From positions 1 to 26,999 of the forward strand of contig JANRLX010000079.1 of NCBI GenBank assembly GCA_033762115.1: a stretch of DNA of 26,999 nucleotides, in the 5' to 3' direction. The stretch comes from Verrucomicrobiota bacterium (GTDB taxonomy: Bacteria; Verrucomicrobiota; Verrucomicrobiia; Limisphaerales; SXQI01). Position numbers and translations under genes: made by a program. Shown here in pieces: positions 18,655 to 26,999 of this stretch (positions are counted from its first letter, which is position 1; every line of letters begins with the position of its first letter). The notes beneath the pieces are model-generated. The model was not told where the DNA came from and did not search any database. It worked only from the letters and a program-made list of their open reading frames with translations.

Positions 18655-21588
18655 TCAAAGCACGGTCCTGAGAGCCGTTGCAGTGTGTCCCTCACCATGA
18701 GATGCGACAGCTTCAGGTGTTCCTGTGGCGACGATTCGGCCACCCTGGGAACCAGCTTCCGGCCCGAGATCAATCAACCAGTCCGCGCTTTTAATCACCT
18801 CCAGATTGTGCTCCACGACAAGAACAGAATGACCTGCATCCACCAGGCGGTGAAAAACGGGCAGGAGCACCCGGATGTCATCAAAATGCAACCCTGTGGT
18901 TGGTTCATCAAAAATGAACAGAGTTGGTTTTTCACTTTTTTGCCCATTAAATTCAGCAAGGTGCCTGCCTAATTTTAATCGTTGGCTTTCCCCACCTGAA
19001 AGGGTGTTGATTGGTTGACCTGTTTTCAAGTATCCCAATCCCACCTCCTGCAATAAGTGCAACGCTTGCCAAGCCCGTTCTCCACAACGCTGACCCCGAT
19101 AATTTTCCAGGAATTCCAATGCCTCATCAATCGAAGCATCAAGGAACTGGGCTATATTCCACTCGCCAAGTTTGACCTCAAGAATATGCGGGCGATAGCG
19201 CCGTCCTTCACATTCTGAGCAGCGGATATAAACATCGCTGAGAAATTGCATTTCGATCTTTTCGAAACCGGCCCCGCGACATTTTTCACACTGGCCTTGG
19301 GCGGAATTGAAACTGAACGCGCTGGCCTCCAGACCAGCCTTCTCCGCCATTTCGGCGGTTGCAAATAGATCGCGAATAAACTCAAACGCTCCGATATATA
19401 CCACTGGGTTTGAACGAGGGGTTCGTCCGAGACTACATTGATCCACCATCACGACTCGCCCCAGGGAATGGCTCCCTTCCAACTTTGCGTCGATCACCTC
19501 CAGCGCATCTTTTAATCCCTCTTCATCTGGCGGACATTGCTCATTATCCGTTTCTGTAAGCGTCAGCGACTCGGCCAATTGGGCTTCCAGCAATGGGAAA
19601 AGCACCTGTTTCACCAAAGTCGTTTTCCCGGATCCACTCACCCCTGTCACACACACCAACCGTCCGAGTGGAATTTCCACCAGTAAATTCTGCAGATTAT
19701 GTTTGGTCACTCCACTCAAAGTCAGTTGCGTCATTGCGCCCAAATGTACAGGACGTCGTAAGGGAACCGAAATTCCCTGTCGACCGCTCAGGTATTTTCC
19801 TGTCAGAGAATCGCGCGATCTCAGGATCGACTCATAACTTCCTTGAAAAACCAAATCCCCGCCAGAAGTCCCATGACCCGGACCAATATCCAGGATCTGG
19901 TCCGCAGCCTTCATCACCGCAGGTTCATGTTCCACCACCACCACTGTGTTTCCATTGTCCCGCAAGCGCTCCAAAATTGAAACCAATCGGTCGGTATCCC
20001 GCGGGTGCAGTCCCACACTCGGTTCATCCAGAACAAAAAGTGTGTTCACCAGACGAGAACCCAGGCAGGTGGTCAAATTCACACGTTCTGTTTCCCCTCC
20101 GCTCAAGGAACGAGTTGGCCTGTCCAACGTCAAATAGCCAATTCCCACCTCGCAGAGATACCTTAACCGCGCCTGAACTTCCTCAAGACAAAGGTTGATC
20201 GGATCATTCGGTAACCGTTTGAAAGAAGCGGACCGTTTCTCCACGAAGGCAAGCGCTTCGCCCACTGATTTCTGATAAAAATTTGCCAGGGTGATTGCAG
20301 CCCCCCCGTTTTCGTCAACGGCTCGATAGAGCAACGATTCCGAATTCAATCGCTGTCCTTTGCAATCAGGGCACTCCACATAAGCTCGATATTTGGCAAG
20401 CAGCACTCGCACGTGCATTTTGTAAGCTTTTGATTCGAGCCATTTGAAGTATCCCTTGATTCCGTACCACGCCTGTGGCCATTGATGCTCTTCATCCACG
20501 CCGTAATCCGGCTCCCCCTCCAACACTAATTTCTGAAACTCCGGTTTCAGTTCATGAAACGGAACATTCACCGGAATTTTTCGTGCTTTGCAAAACTTAA
20601 GCAAATCTCCCTGAGACTCCAATCCATGCCCCGTTTGCCACGGTTTGATCGCTCCAGCCGCGAGGCTCAGACCCCGGTCTGGAATGGCCAAATTTAAATC
20701 GATCGTGATCACCCTTCCAAACCCGCGACACGCCCCGCATGCCCCCACCGGATGATTAAAGCTAAAGAGCGCGGAAGTTGGTTCCCGATACTCAATGTCA
20801 CAGCGCGCACAATGCAGGCGATTGGAAAACCTCCGTTCCTCACTGCTGCCTGTCTCATAGAGCGAGAGCTTTGATTTCCCGAAGTGATAAGCCTGTTCAC
20901 AACCTTCAATAAAACGGGACCGATTCTCTTCCCTTACCGCGACACGGTCCTGGATAACAATCAATAATTTCCCAGAAATTTCTGTTTGGACTGCCTCTGC
21001 AAGCCGCAACGCCGTGACTTTTCCTTCTTTGATCACCAGTAATCGTTGATAACCTTGCCTGGAGATCAATTCGAGTGATTCGGCCAACGAAAGCTTTTCA
21101 CTCAAGGGCAATTCAAACGTGATTAATAACTCTGCCCCTGCAACCTGCTCGATCATCTGCTGCCATATCCCTTGAGGAGAATCCTTTCGCACGATCTCGC
21201 CACATTTTCGGCAATGCAATCGCGATAAGTGAGGCCAGAGAACCTTCATGTAATCGCAGATTTCCGTCATGGTTCCCACCGTTGAACGGGTGGTCTTGAC
21301 CGAATTGCGCTGCTCCAATGCGATGGCCGGGGGAATGCCACGAATGCTGTCAACGCGAGGCTTGTCCATCCGATCAAAAAATTGTCGGGCGTAAGGGGAA
21401 AAAGTTTCAATATACCGGCGTTGTCCCTCCGCATAAAGGGTATCAAACGCCAGCGAACTTTTACCTGACCCGCTCAGCCCTGTGACAACAATTAATCGAC
21501 CGGTCGGGAGATCGACATCGAAATTCTTTAAGTTATTGTGCCTTACCCCTCTTAATGAAATGACAGGCTCAGATTTTTTCTTCGGCAT
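18655..21588 (-). CDS. uvrA: Excinuclease ABC subunit A family protein (probable non-canonical paralog)
   Basis: 977 aa with two ABC ATPase modules ([22 protein letters not shown] and [27 protein letters not shown]), several CxxC zinc pairs and AEGQRRY. Confidence 0.93.
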   Translation of the reverse strand: MPKKKSEPVISLRGVRHNNLKNFDVDLPTGRLIVVTGLSGSGKSSLAFDTLYAEGQRRYIETFSPYARQFFDRMDKPRVDSIRGIPPAIALEQRNSVKTTRSTVGTMTEICDYMKVLWPHLSRLHCRKCGEIVRKDSPQGIWQQMIEQVAGAELLITFELPLSEKLSLAESLELISRQGYQRLLVIKEGKVTALRLAEAVQTEISGKLLIVIQDRVAVREENRSRFIEGCEQAYHFGKSKLSLYETGSSEERRFSNRLHCARCDIEYREPTSALFSFNHPVGACGACRGFGRVITIDLNLAIPDRGLSLAAGAIKPWQTGHGLESQGDLLKFCKARKIPVNVPFHELKPEFQKLVLEGEPDYGVDEEHQWPQAWYGIKGYFKWLESKAYKMHVRVLLAKYRAYVECPDCKGQRLNSESLLYRAVDENGGAAITLANFYQKSVGEALAFVEKRSASFKRLPNDPINLCLEEVQARLRYLCEVGIGYLTLDRPTRSLSGGETERVNLTTCLGSRLVNTLFVLDEPSVGLHPRDTDRLVSILERLRDNGNTVVVVEHEPAVMKAADQILDIGPGHGTSGGDLVFQGSYESILRSRDSLTGKYLSGRQGISVPLRRPVHLGAMTQLTLSGVTKHNLQNLLVEIPLGRLVCVTGVSGSGKTTLVKQVLFPLLEAQLAESLTLTETDNEQCPPDEEGLKDALEVIDAKLEGSHSLGRVVMVDQCSLGRTPRSNPVVYIGAFEFIRDLFATAEMAEKAGLEASAFSFNSAQGQCEKCRGAGFEKIEMQFLSDVYIRCSECEGRRYRPHILEVKLGEWNIAQFLDASIDEALEFLENYRGQRCGERAWQALHLLQEVGLGYLKTGQPINTLSGGESQRLKLGRHLAEFNGQKSEKPTLFIFDEPTTGLHFDDIRVLLPVFHRLVDAGHSVLVVEHNLEVIKSADWLIDLGPEAGSQGGRIVATGTPEAVASHGEGHTATALRTVL

Positions 21589-21597
21589 CGCTCGCGC

Positions 21598-21625
21598 AAT
21601 GTAAAGTTCCCTGCCCTCCTGTCAA
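21598..21625 (-). promoter_or_regulatory. Putative sigma70-like promoter of uvrA
   Basis: Minus strand TTGACA-N16-TACATT-N9-ATG(21588). Confidence 0.55.
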
Positions 21626-21667
21626 ATGACATGGCTCGGCTGATTAATCAGTCCGGACCGAAGCTGC

Positions 21668-22519
21668 TTACTCCTTCACAGTGGCCCGTTTGCGTAACCA
21701 GACAAGGTCCTGGTTATCGGCCCTCACGTTCATGAACTCCCATTTTTTGGATTGTCCGCCTATCTGTTGTGCGCGTTTGACTTCATCACTTCGCCAACGA
21801 TGGATCTCCGCATGGCCATCCGCAAAGGTCACCCCTCCAGATCCTCCATGGTAACCTGATGGCAAATTGACAATCTGGTTTCCAACCATGTCGATGGCAA
21901 ACATCCCGTCATCAATGCTGTCATCACGCTCATCAATGAACACCAAGGCGTCACTGGGTGAAAGGCCGGTGATCTGGGTGACTTTGCGAAAAGTCCTGAA
22001 ACCCGTGTTCCAGGGAATTGTTCGAAACCCCATCCAACCGCTCATCGAGACATTCCTGACAAGCGGGTAAGAACCAGCGCCCTGCTTGGAAGTGATTTTG
22101 CTGGCCATGCAACGATAAACCCCTTCAGTTTTGGAATAAGGCCCCAAAGCGCCAAAAATCGGGTTCAGCAGGTTCAGCTTATTGGTGTTATCCGTATTAT
22201 TGGATTGTCTCGGGTCGAGCCATCCGCTCGCCCAGTTTCCAACATTTGGAACCCGGGCGGCCTGGTCAGCCCAATGGTTTCCCACGGTGAAATCAGCAAA
22301 ATCGTCAGAGTACATGGCCCAGGCAAGTTGTAATTGCTTCAAGTTGGCCATGCAATGCGTTGCCGTGGCCTTGGCTTTCGCCTTTGACAGAGCGGGTAAC
22401 AACATCGAGGCGAGGATGGCGATAATGGCGATCACCACAAGCAATTCGATCAAGGTAAAAGCGCCCTCATATCGGCGCCGTAAAGCTGGAAAACCCTGAT
22501 TTATAGCCATAAGGGACAT
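21668..22519 (-). CDS. Prepilin-type N-terminal cleavage/methylation protein with H-X9-DG C-terminal motif
   Basis: [38 protein letters not shown] and [13 protein letters not shown] (H-X9-DG). The start is ATG 22519 or 22510. Confidence 0.92.
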   Translation of the reverse strand: MSLMAINQGFPALRRRYEGAFTLIELLVVIAIIAILASMLLPALSKAKAKATATHCMANLKQLQLAWAMYSDDFADFTVGNHWADQAARVPNVGNWASGWLDPRQSNNTDNTNKLNLLNPIFGALGPYSKTEGVYRCMASKITSKQGAGSYPLVRNVSMSGWMGFRTIPWNTGFRTFRKVTQITGLSPSDALVFIDERDDSIDDGMFAIDMVGNQIVNLPSGYHGGSGGVTFADGHAEIHRWRSDEVKRAQQIGGQSKKWEFMNVRADNQDLVWLRKRATVKE

Positions 22520-22570
22520 TGGCAGCGTAGCACGTGGCAAAAGCAAAGCAATCAGCTAATAACCGAGGTT

Positions 22571-22610
22571 AAAAAAAACAAACCTGCCCGGCCCTTTCAG
22601 ACCGGACAGG
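22571..22610 (-). terminator. Intrinsic terminator downstream of Mn catalase
   Basis: Minus strand CCTGTCCGGTCT-GAAA-GGGCCGGGCAGG (12 bp including 3 G-U pairs) followed by TTTGTTTTTTTT. The G-U pairs fix the orientation. Confidence 0.85.
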
Positions 22611-22655
22611 AATGCTCTTACCTACCCTCCGCCTTATGCGCGGATGGAAATCTGC

Positions 22656-23447
22656 TTATCGAACTTTTCTGGAGTTTTTGGAAACAGTACTACGTTTTCC
22701 TGCCTTCCTGATCTCTTCCGTCACCTCCTCGGCAGTCAGGCTCGCCTCTATTTTTGCCGGCGCTTCAATGAATTCGACATCCTCCTCATTCCATGGCCCG
22801 CGAACATCCACTTCGCCATCATCTCCCTCGCCACTGGAATCGTTGAAAAATTTGACCACAATTTCCTGGGTCGGTGGAATTTTTCCAATTTCGAGAGGGT
22901 CTTTCCCCATGCTATCCAGCGCGACCATGAACGCTTTCAAATGAGTAATCTCTCGCGTCATCAAAAACTGCAAGGCATCAATACTTCCCGGATCGTCACA
23001 AAAATTAATCAATCGTTCATAAACAATCTTTGCCCGCGCCTCTGCTGCAATATTGCTTCGGAGATCAACATCAACCTCCCCCGTGATTTTGAGATAATCC
23101 GCCGTCCAAGGATTGCCCTGGGAATTGAAAAGATTCACCCCTCCACCTCCAGCAATCGCCACCAGGGGATCGGCCTCCGCAGCTTCACGATCTCTCTTGG
23201 TGGGCTTGAGATGTGACCGTGCGAGAGTTCCAATAATTTCCAGATGGCTGAGTTCCTCTGTCCCGATATCCATAAGCAGGTCTTTAATCCCTGGGTCATC
23301 GCAATTCAGCCCCTGAATCGAATACTGCATGGCCGCAGCCAGTTCTCCATTGGCTCCTCCGAATTGCTCCAGCAACATATTGCCGAACCTCGGATCTGGA
23401 GTGCCTACTCGAACAGTGTACATGAGCTTTTTGATGTGGTGATACAT
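22656..23447 (-). CDS. Manganese (non-heme) catalase family protein
   Basis: 263 aa with LLEQFGGANGELAAAMQY, DIGTEELSHLE, DLRSNIAAEARAK and FLMTREITH (di-Mn ligands). Confidence 0.93.
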   Translation of the reverse strand: MYHHIKKLMYTVRVGTPDPRFGNMLLEQFGGANGELAAAMQYSIQGLNCDDPGIKDLLMDIGTEELSHLEIIGTLARSHLKPTKRDREAAEADPLVAIAGGGGVNLFNSQGNPWTADYLKITGEVDVDLRSNIAAEARAKIVYERLINFCDDPGSIDALQFLMTREITHLKAFMVALDSMGKDPLEIGKIPPTQEIVVKFFNDSSGEGDDGEVDVRGPWNEEDVEFIEAPAKIEASLTAEEVTEEIRKAGKRSTVSKNSRKVR

Positions 23448-23668
23448 GCTATTACTTTCGTTGCGCCTTTGCCCAAAGCTCGCCTGAACTTCAAGTTTCC
23501 GGACGAATTAATAGCAGCAATATGCGTTCATTTTTAACTTAGCCTATCGGGCGGCAACCTGAGAAATGGATCAGGAATCGATTCTTTTGAGTTTAATAAA
23601 AGCAAACTCTCCCACAGGTTGAATAAAACCTCGAAAGGATGATTCAAACCCACGAGCCAGGTTGAAAG

Positions 23669-23702
23669 GCAGCAACGGTGCAGATTTCTGCACACTTGCT
23701 GC
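23669..23702. repeat. 34-bp nested inverted repeat in the divergent intergenic region
   Basis: GCAGCAA-CG-GTGCAGA-TT-TCTGCAC-AC-TTGCTGC: two perfect 7-bp arm pairs. Confidence 0.7.
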
Positions 23703-23757
23703 TTGCCAGTTTCTCCTGCTTTTGTGAAAACCAGTCATCCCTACAGGAGTTTTAAGT

Positions 23758-25200
23758 ATGAGCCAGATGAATAGACGCAATTTCCTCCGGTCGTCAGCTT
23801 TCGCCGCAGGCGCCCTTTCCTTTTCAGCTCGCAGCTGGTCACAAGTGACTGGTGCCAACGATGATATTCGCGTGGCAGTGATAGGTTTCAATGGGCAGGG
23901 TAAAAGCCATATCGAGGGATTCAGAAAAATACCCGGAGTTCGCCTGACCGCGCTTTGCGATGTCGATTCCACCATTCTTGACCGTGAAGCGGAAAAGTTC
24001 AAAGGCCGCAACGAACCGATTGAAACCTACACCGATATCCGCAAGTTGCTCGAAAGCAAAAATGTGGATGTCATTTCAATTGCGACACCGAACCATTGGC
24101 ACGCTCTCGGGGCAGTCTGGGCAATTCAGGCTGGAAAGGATGTCTATGTCGAAAAACCTGTTTCCCACAATGTATGGGAAGGTCGAAAAATCGTTGAAGC
24201 TGCCAGAAAGCATCATCGAATTGTCCAGACCGGAACTCAAAGCCGTTCCAATCCTGGCATAATCGAGGCGATGCAGTTTTTGCATCAGGAAAAGTTGGGA
24301 AAAATCAAACTCGCACGCGGACTCTGCTATAAACGCCGTGCCAGTATCGGCAAGGTCTCAGGCCCACAGCAACCACCTGCCTCAGTTGATTATGATCTCT
24401 GGTGCGGTCCAGCCCCAAAAGAACCGTTGATGCGCAGCAAACTCCATTATGACTGGCATTGGGTATGGCCCACTGGCAACGGTGATTTGGGAAACCAGGG
24501 CATCCACCAGATGGACTTGGCACGTTGGGCATTGCAGGAAAAGGAATTATCTCCGGCAGTATTCAGCTTTGGGGGCCGATTCGGATATGAGGATGACGGC
24601 ACCACTCCGAATACGCAGGTCGTTTATCACGACTACAAGAAAGCTCCCCTCATTTTTGAGGTGCGTGGATTGCCTTCGAAAACCGATTCGAAAAATATGG
24701 ATAATTACCGAGGCTCCAGCGTGGGGCTGATTGTCCATTGCGAAAATGGCTACATGTCAATCCCCACCTACCATAGCGCGACGGCATTCGATAATAACAA
24801 CAATGTCATTCAGAAATTTGATGGGACAGCGAGCCACCATGAAAATTTCATTAATGCCGTGAGAAGCCGCAAGCACACCGATTTAAGCGCCGATATTCTG
24901 GAAGGGCATCTCTCCAGCGCACTGTGCCATACCGGAAATATCTCCTATCGGCTGGGGCGGAAGGCGTCACCTGAAGCAGTGCGTGAGAGCATCAAGGGCG
25001 ATAAGGAAGCGGAAGAAACATTCACACGAATGGCTGAACATCTCGTGGCCAATGGTGTAGACCTTAACACCACGCCCGCTATTCTGGGACCTGTGCTTAA
25101 GATGAATCCCGGAAAAGAAACTTATAAGGCGAACAACGAAGCCAATCAAATGCTCACACGAGAATATCGTTCTCCTTACATTGTACCTGAAAAGGTTTAA
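23758..25200 (+). CDS. Tat-exported Gfo/Idh/MocA family oxidoreductase
   Basis: Twin-arginine signal NRRNFL, IRVAVIGFNGQG, ATPNHWH, DVYVEKP, VQTGTQSRS and GNQGIHQMD. AGGAG SD sequence at 23745-23749. Confidence 0.93.
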   Translation: MSQMNRRNFLRSSAFAAGALSFSARSWSQVTGANDDIRVAVIGFNGQGKSHIEGFRKIPGVRLTALCDVDSTILDREAEKFKGRNEPIETYTDIRKLLESKNVDVISIATPNHWHALGAVWAIQAGKDVYVEKPVSHNVWEGRKIVEAARKHHRIVQTGTQSRSNPGIIEAMQFLHQEKLGKIKLARGLCYKRRASIGKVSGPQQPPASVDYDLWCGPAPKEPLMRSKLHYDWHWVWPTGNGDLGNQGIHQMDLARWALQEKELSPAVFSFGGRFGYEDDGTTPNTQVVYHDYKKAPLIFEVRGLPSKTDSKNMDNYRGSSVGLIVHCENGYMSIPTYHSATAFDNNNNVIQKFDGTASHHENFINAVRSRKHTDLSADILEGHLSSALCHTGNISYRLGRKASPEAVRESIKGDKEAEETFTRMAEHLVANGVDLNTTPAILGPVLKMNPGKETYKANNEANQMLTREYRSPYIVPEKV

Positions 25201-25212
25201 CTCTCTGGGAAT

Positions 25213-25932
25213 ATGAAACAGACTATCTCTTTCTTGATCGGTCTCTGTTTCGCAATTTCCGTGACTGCTGCAGCTGAACCTCCGGCTGTTCCTGATCATT
25301 TCAGCTTCCACCTGGAACAAAGGCTGGAGGGAGAGAATGCCATTCAGGCTTTTCAGATGACGGATATCAATGCCTGGAAAATCTCTGGCGCAGGGAAAGA
25401 GCGTGCCCTGGAACTCGTCCAGCAAAGCAAGTATTCCCCTACGGTTCGTTCACCTGTAAATATCGCGTTGATCAAGGATAAGATTTTTACTGATTTTATC
25501 CTTGAAGCGGATTGTCTTCAAACTGGCCGCGAGTACGGGCACAGGGACATGTGCTTCTTTTACGGATTCCAATCCCCCACAAATTTCTATTACACCCATA
25601 TCGCAACTGCCGCAGATAAAAATGCACATAATATCTTCATCGTAAATGGAGCGCCTCGCACAAACATTGCCACAGAAACAACCAGGGGCGTGGAATGGGG
25701 ATTGAACACCTGGCACAAGGTTCGGATCGAACGCACTGTAAGCGATGGAATGATCAAGGTCTTTTTCGATGACATGCAAAAACCAATCATGATCGCCCAG
25801 GACAAAACCTTCCAATGGGGCCAGCTAGGTTTTGGCTCCTTCGACGACACTGGCAAAATCAAAAATATCCGAATCTGGGCTCCGAAAATCGAAAACAAAA
25901 GCACACCCGCCTTTCCCGAGACGATAAAGTAA
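25213..25932 (+). CDS. Secreted ConA-fold protein (DUF1080 / 3-keto-glycoside hydrolase-like, tentative)
   Basis: 239 aa with a Sec signal (…SVTAAA|E). Beta-rich FTDFILEAD…WHKVRIER…IKVFFDD…GQLGFGSFDDTGKIKNIRIW. Starts 12 bp after the Gfo gene. Confidence 0.65.
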   Translation: MKQTISFLIGLCFAISVTAAAEPPAVPDHFSFHLEQRLEGENAIQAFQMTDINAWKISGAGKERALELVQQSKYSPTVRSPVNIALIKDKIFTDFILEADCLQTGREYGHRDMCFFYGFQSPTNFYYTHIATAADKNAHNIFIVNGAPRTNIATETTRGVEWGLNTWHKVRIERTVSDGMIKVFFDDMQKPIMIAQDKTFQWGQLGFGSFDDTGKIKNIRIWAPKIENKSTPAFPETIK

Positions 25933-26015
25933 CCTCCCCCTTTCTTCAGATCAGCGAAACGCGCTTGCGAATCGCTCCCGGCACGCAGAGATTCTGATGA
26001 GTCAAAAGGAGTGTT

Positions 26016-26999
26016 ATGGGCACGCCGAACGAGGGAACAAATTTAAACCCGGGCCAACCGGATTCTGAGCAGATCCGGTCACATCCCGCCGATCTGGCGG
26101 ATGCTTTGGAACGGCTTGCTCCAGAAGAAGCGGATCAAAGCTTTCGAAAGCTCCCGGCAGACGAACGTGCGGCAGTTCTCGCCGAACTGGACCGCGAAAC
26201 CTGGCCCGCGTTTCTTGAACATCAGAGCGTTCCCGAAATTGTCTCTGTCGTTTCTGAATTGCCTCATGAAGATGCTGTCGATTTGCTTGGAGTTCTTCCA
26301 ACGGAAAAGAGGACCCAGGTCCTTTCACAAATTCCTCCGGACGAACGTCAGCAAATCAATCGCCTGCTGACTTATCCGCCTGATACAGCAGGTGGCATCA
26401 TGACGGATGAATACATCTGTCTTCGCCAGGACCTGACTGTGGAACAGGCCCAGGCACTTCTGCGCAGCAGGCCGGAGGAGGCTCCACGCAGTGTCGCTTA
26501 TCTTTACGTTGTGGATGACGCTTCCCGCCTCGTGGGAATCATCCCAATCCATGACCTTGTTTTTCGGGCACCTCACCGAAAAATTTCAGATCTGATGTCT
26601 CGTGAAGTGAAGCATGTCTGGGTGGATGATGATCAGGAACAGATTGCCCGGTTATTTGAACATTATCATTACATGGCCCTTCCTGTTCTGGAACGAGACC
26701 GAAAACTGGTGGGCCTTGTCCTCGCGCACCAGGCAATGAATGTTTTGCAAAGCGAGGCCACTGAAGACATGCAATTAATGGTAGGCCTCTCGGGAGAGGA
26801 ACGGGTGCTCACTCCCTGGCATCAATCCATTCGACGTCGACTGCCCTGGCTTTGCATTAACCTCGGCACCGCTTTTTTAGCCGCTGCAGTCGTGGGAGCA
26901 TTCGAGGAGACCATCGCGGCCTGGACTGCCCTGGCCATTTTCCTGCCCATTGTGGCAGGTCAGGGTGGAAATGCCGGGATGCAAACATTGACCGTCATT
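26016..26999 (+). CDS. mgtE: Magnesium transporter MgtE, 3'-truncated by window edge (not in the supplied ORF track)
   Basis: AAGGAG SD sequence, then ATG 26016: MGTPNEG…HPADLADALE…YPPDTAGGIMTDEY…YLYVVDD (CBS domains)…EATEDMQLMVG…RRRLPWLCINL…FLPIVAGQGGNAGMQT. The frame stays open to the window end. Confidence 0.95.
   Translation, partial: MGTPNEGTNLNPGQPDSEQIRSHPADLADALERLAPEEADQSFRKLPADERAAVLAELDRETWPAFLEHQSVPEIVSVVSELPHEDAVDLLGVLPTEKRTQVLSQIPPDERQQINRLLTYPPDTAGGIMTDEYICLRQDLTVEQAQALLRSRPEEAPRSVAYLYVVDDASRLVGIIPIHDLVFRAPHRKISDLMSREVKHVWVDDDQEQIARLFEHYHYMALPVLERDRKLVGLVLAHQAMNVLQSEATEDMQLMVGLSGEERVLTPWHQSIRRRLPWLCINLGTAFLAAAVVGAFEETIAAWTALAIFLPIVAGQGGNAGMQTLTVI

Noticed and set aside
19593..20198. 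201-aa plus-strand ORF and the other 60-165 aa nested ORFs in the track
   Set aside because: They are shadow frames of well-supported genes, with no motifs or start signals.
23571..24011. 146-aa minus-strand ORF spanning the intergenic region
   Set aside because: More than half is antisense to the Gfo gene and it has no recognisable motif.
26014..26736. Short ORFs listed in the last 1 kb
   Set aside because: All are alternative frames of mgtE, which lacks a stop codon inside the window.

Overview
Gene-dense bacterial chromosomal segment with 18 CDS, two of them cut by the window edges. The gene families point to Verrucomicrobiota or the wider PVC group (inference from an H-X9-DG prepilin-like protein, a PQQ-like beta-propeller, a Tat-exported Gfo/Idh/MocA enzyme and a secreted protein ending in a W...FYR domain). 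Gene order: ebo-cluster end (eboD, eboF), cysE, then metH, pyc, a WYL regulator and rho on the minus strand. Next come a secreted PepSY-like protein, a flavin-dependent halogenase-like enzyme, a UbiE-type methyltransferase, the beta-propeller, a secreted Ig/ConA-like protein, a uvrA paralog, the prepilin-like protein, Mn catalase, Gfo/Idh/MocA plus a ConA-fold partner, and mgtE (partial, absent from the ORF track). I saw no tRNA, rRNA, CRISPR array or mobile element. Most notable: (1) a Rho with an intact ATPase that lacks the N-terminal helical bundle, separated from the WYL gene by an intrinsic terminator; (2) an orphan halogenase-like/methyltransferase pair; (3) repeated sigma70-like promoters placed so that transcription starts at the start codon (leaderless mRNA); (4) a candidate C-terminal sorting domain; (5) eboD and eboF adjacent without eboE. 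All product calls come from recognising motifs by eye; no database search was run.
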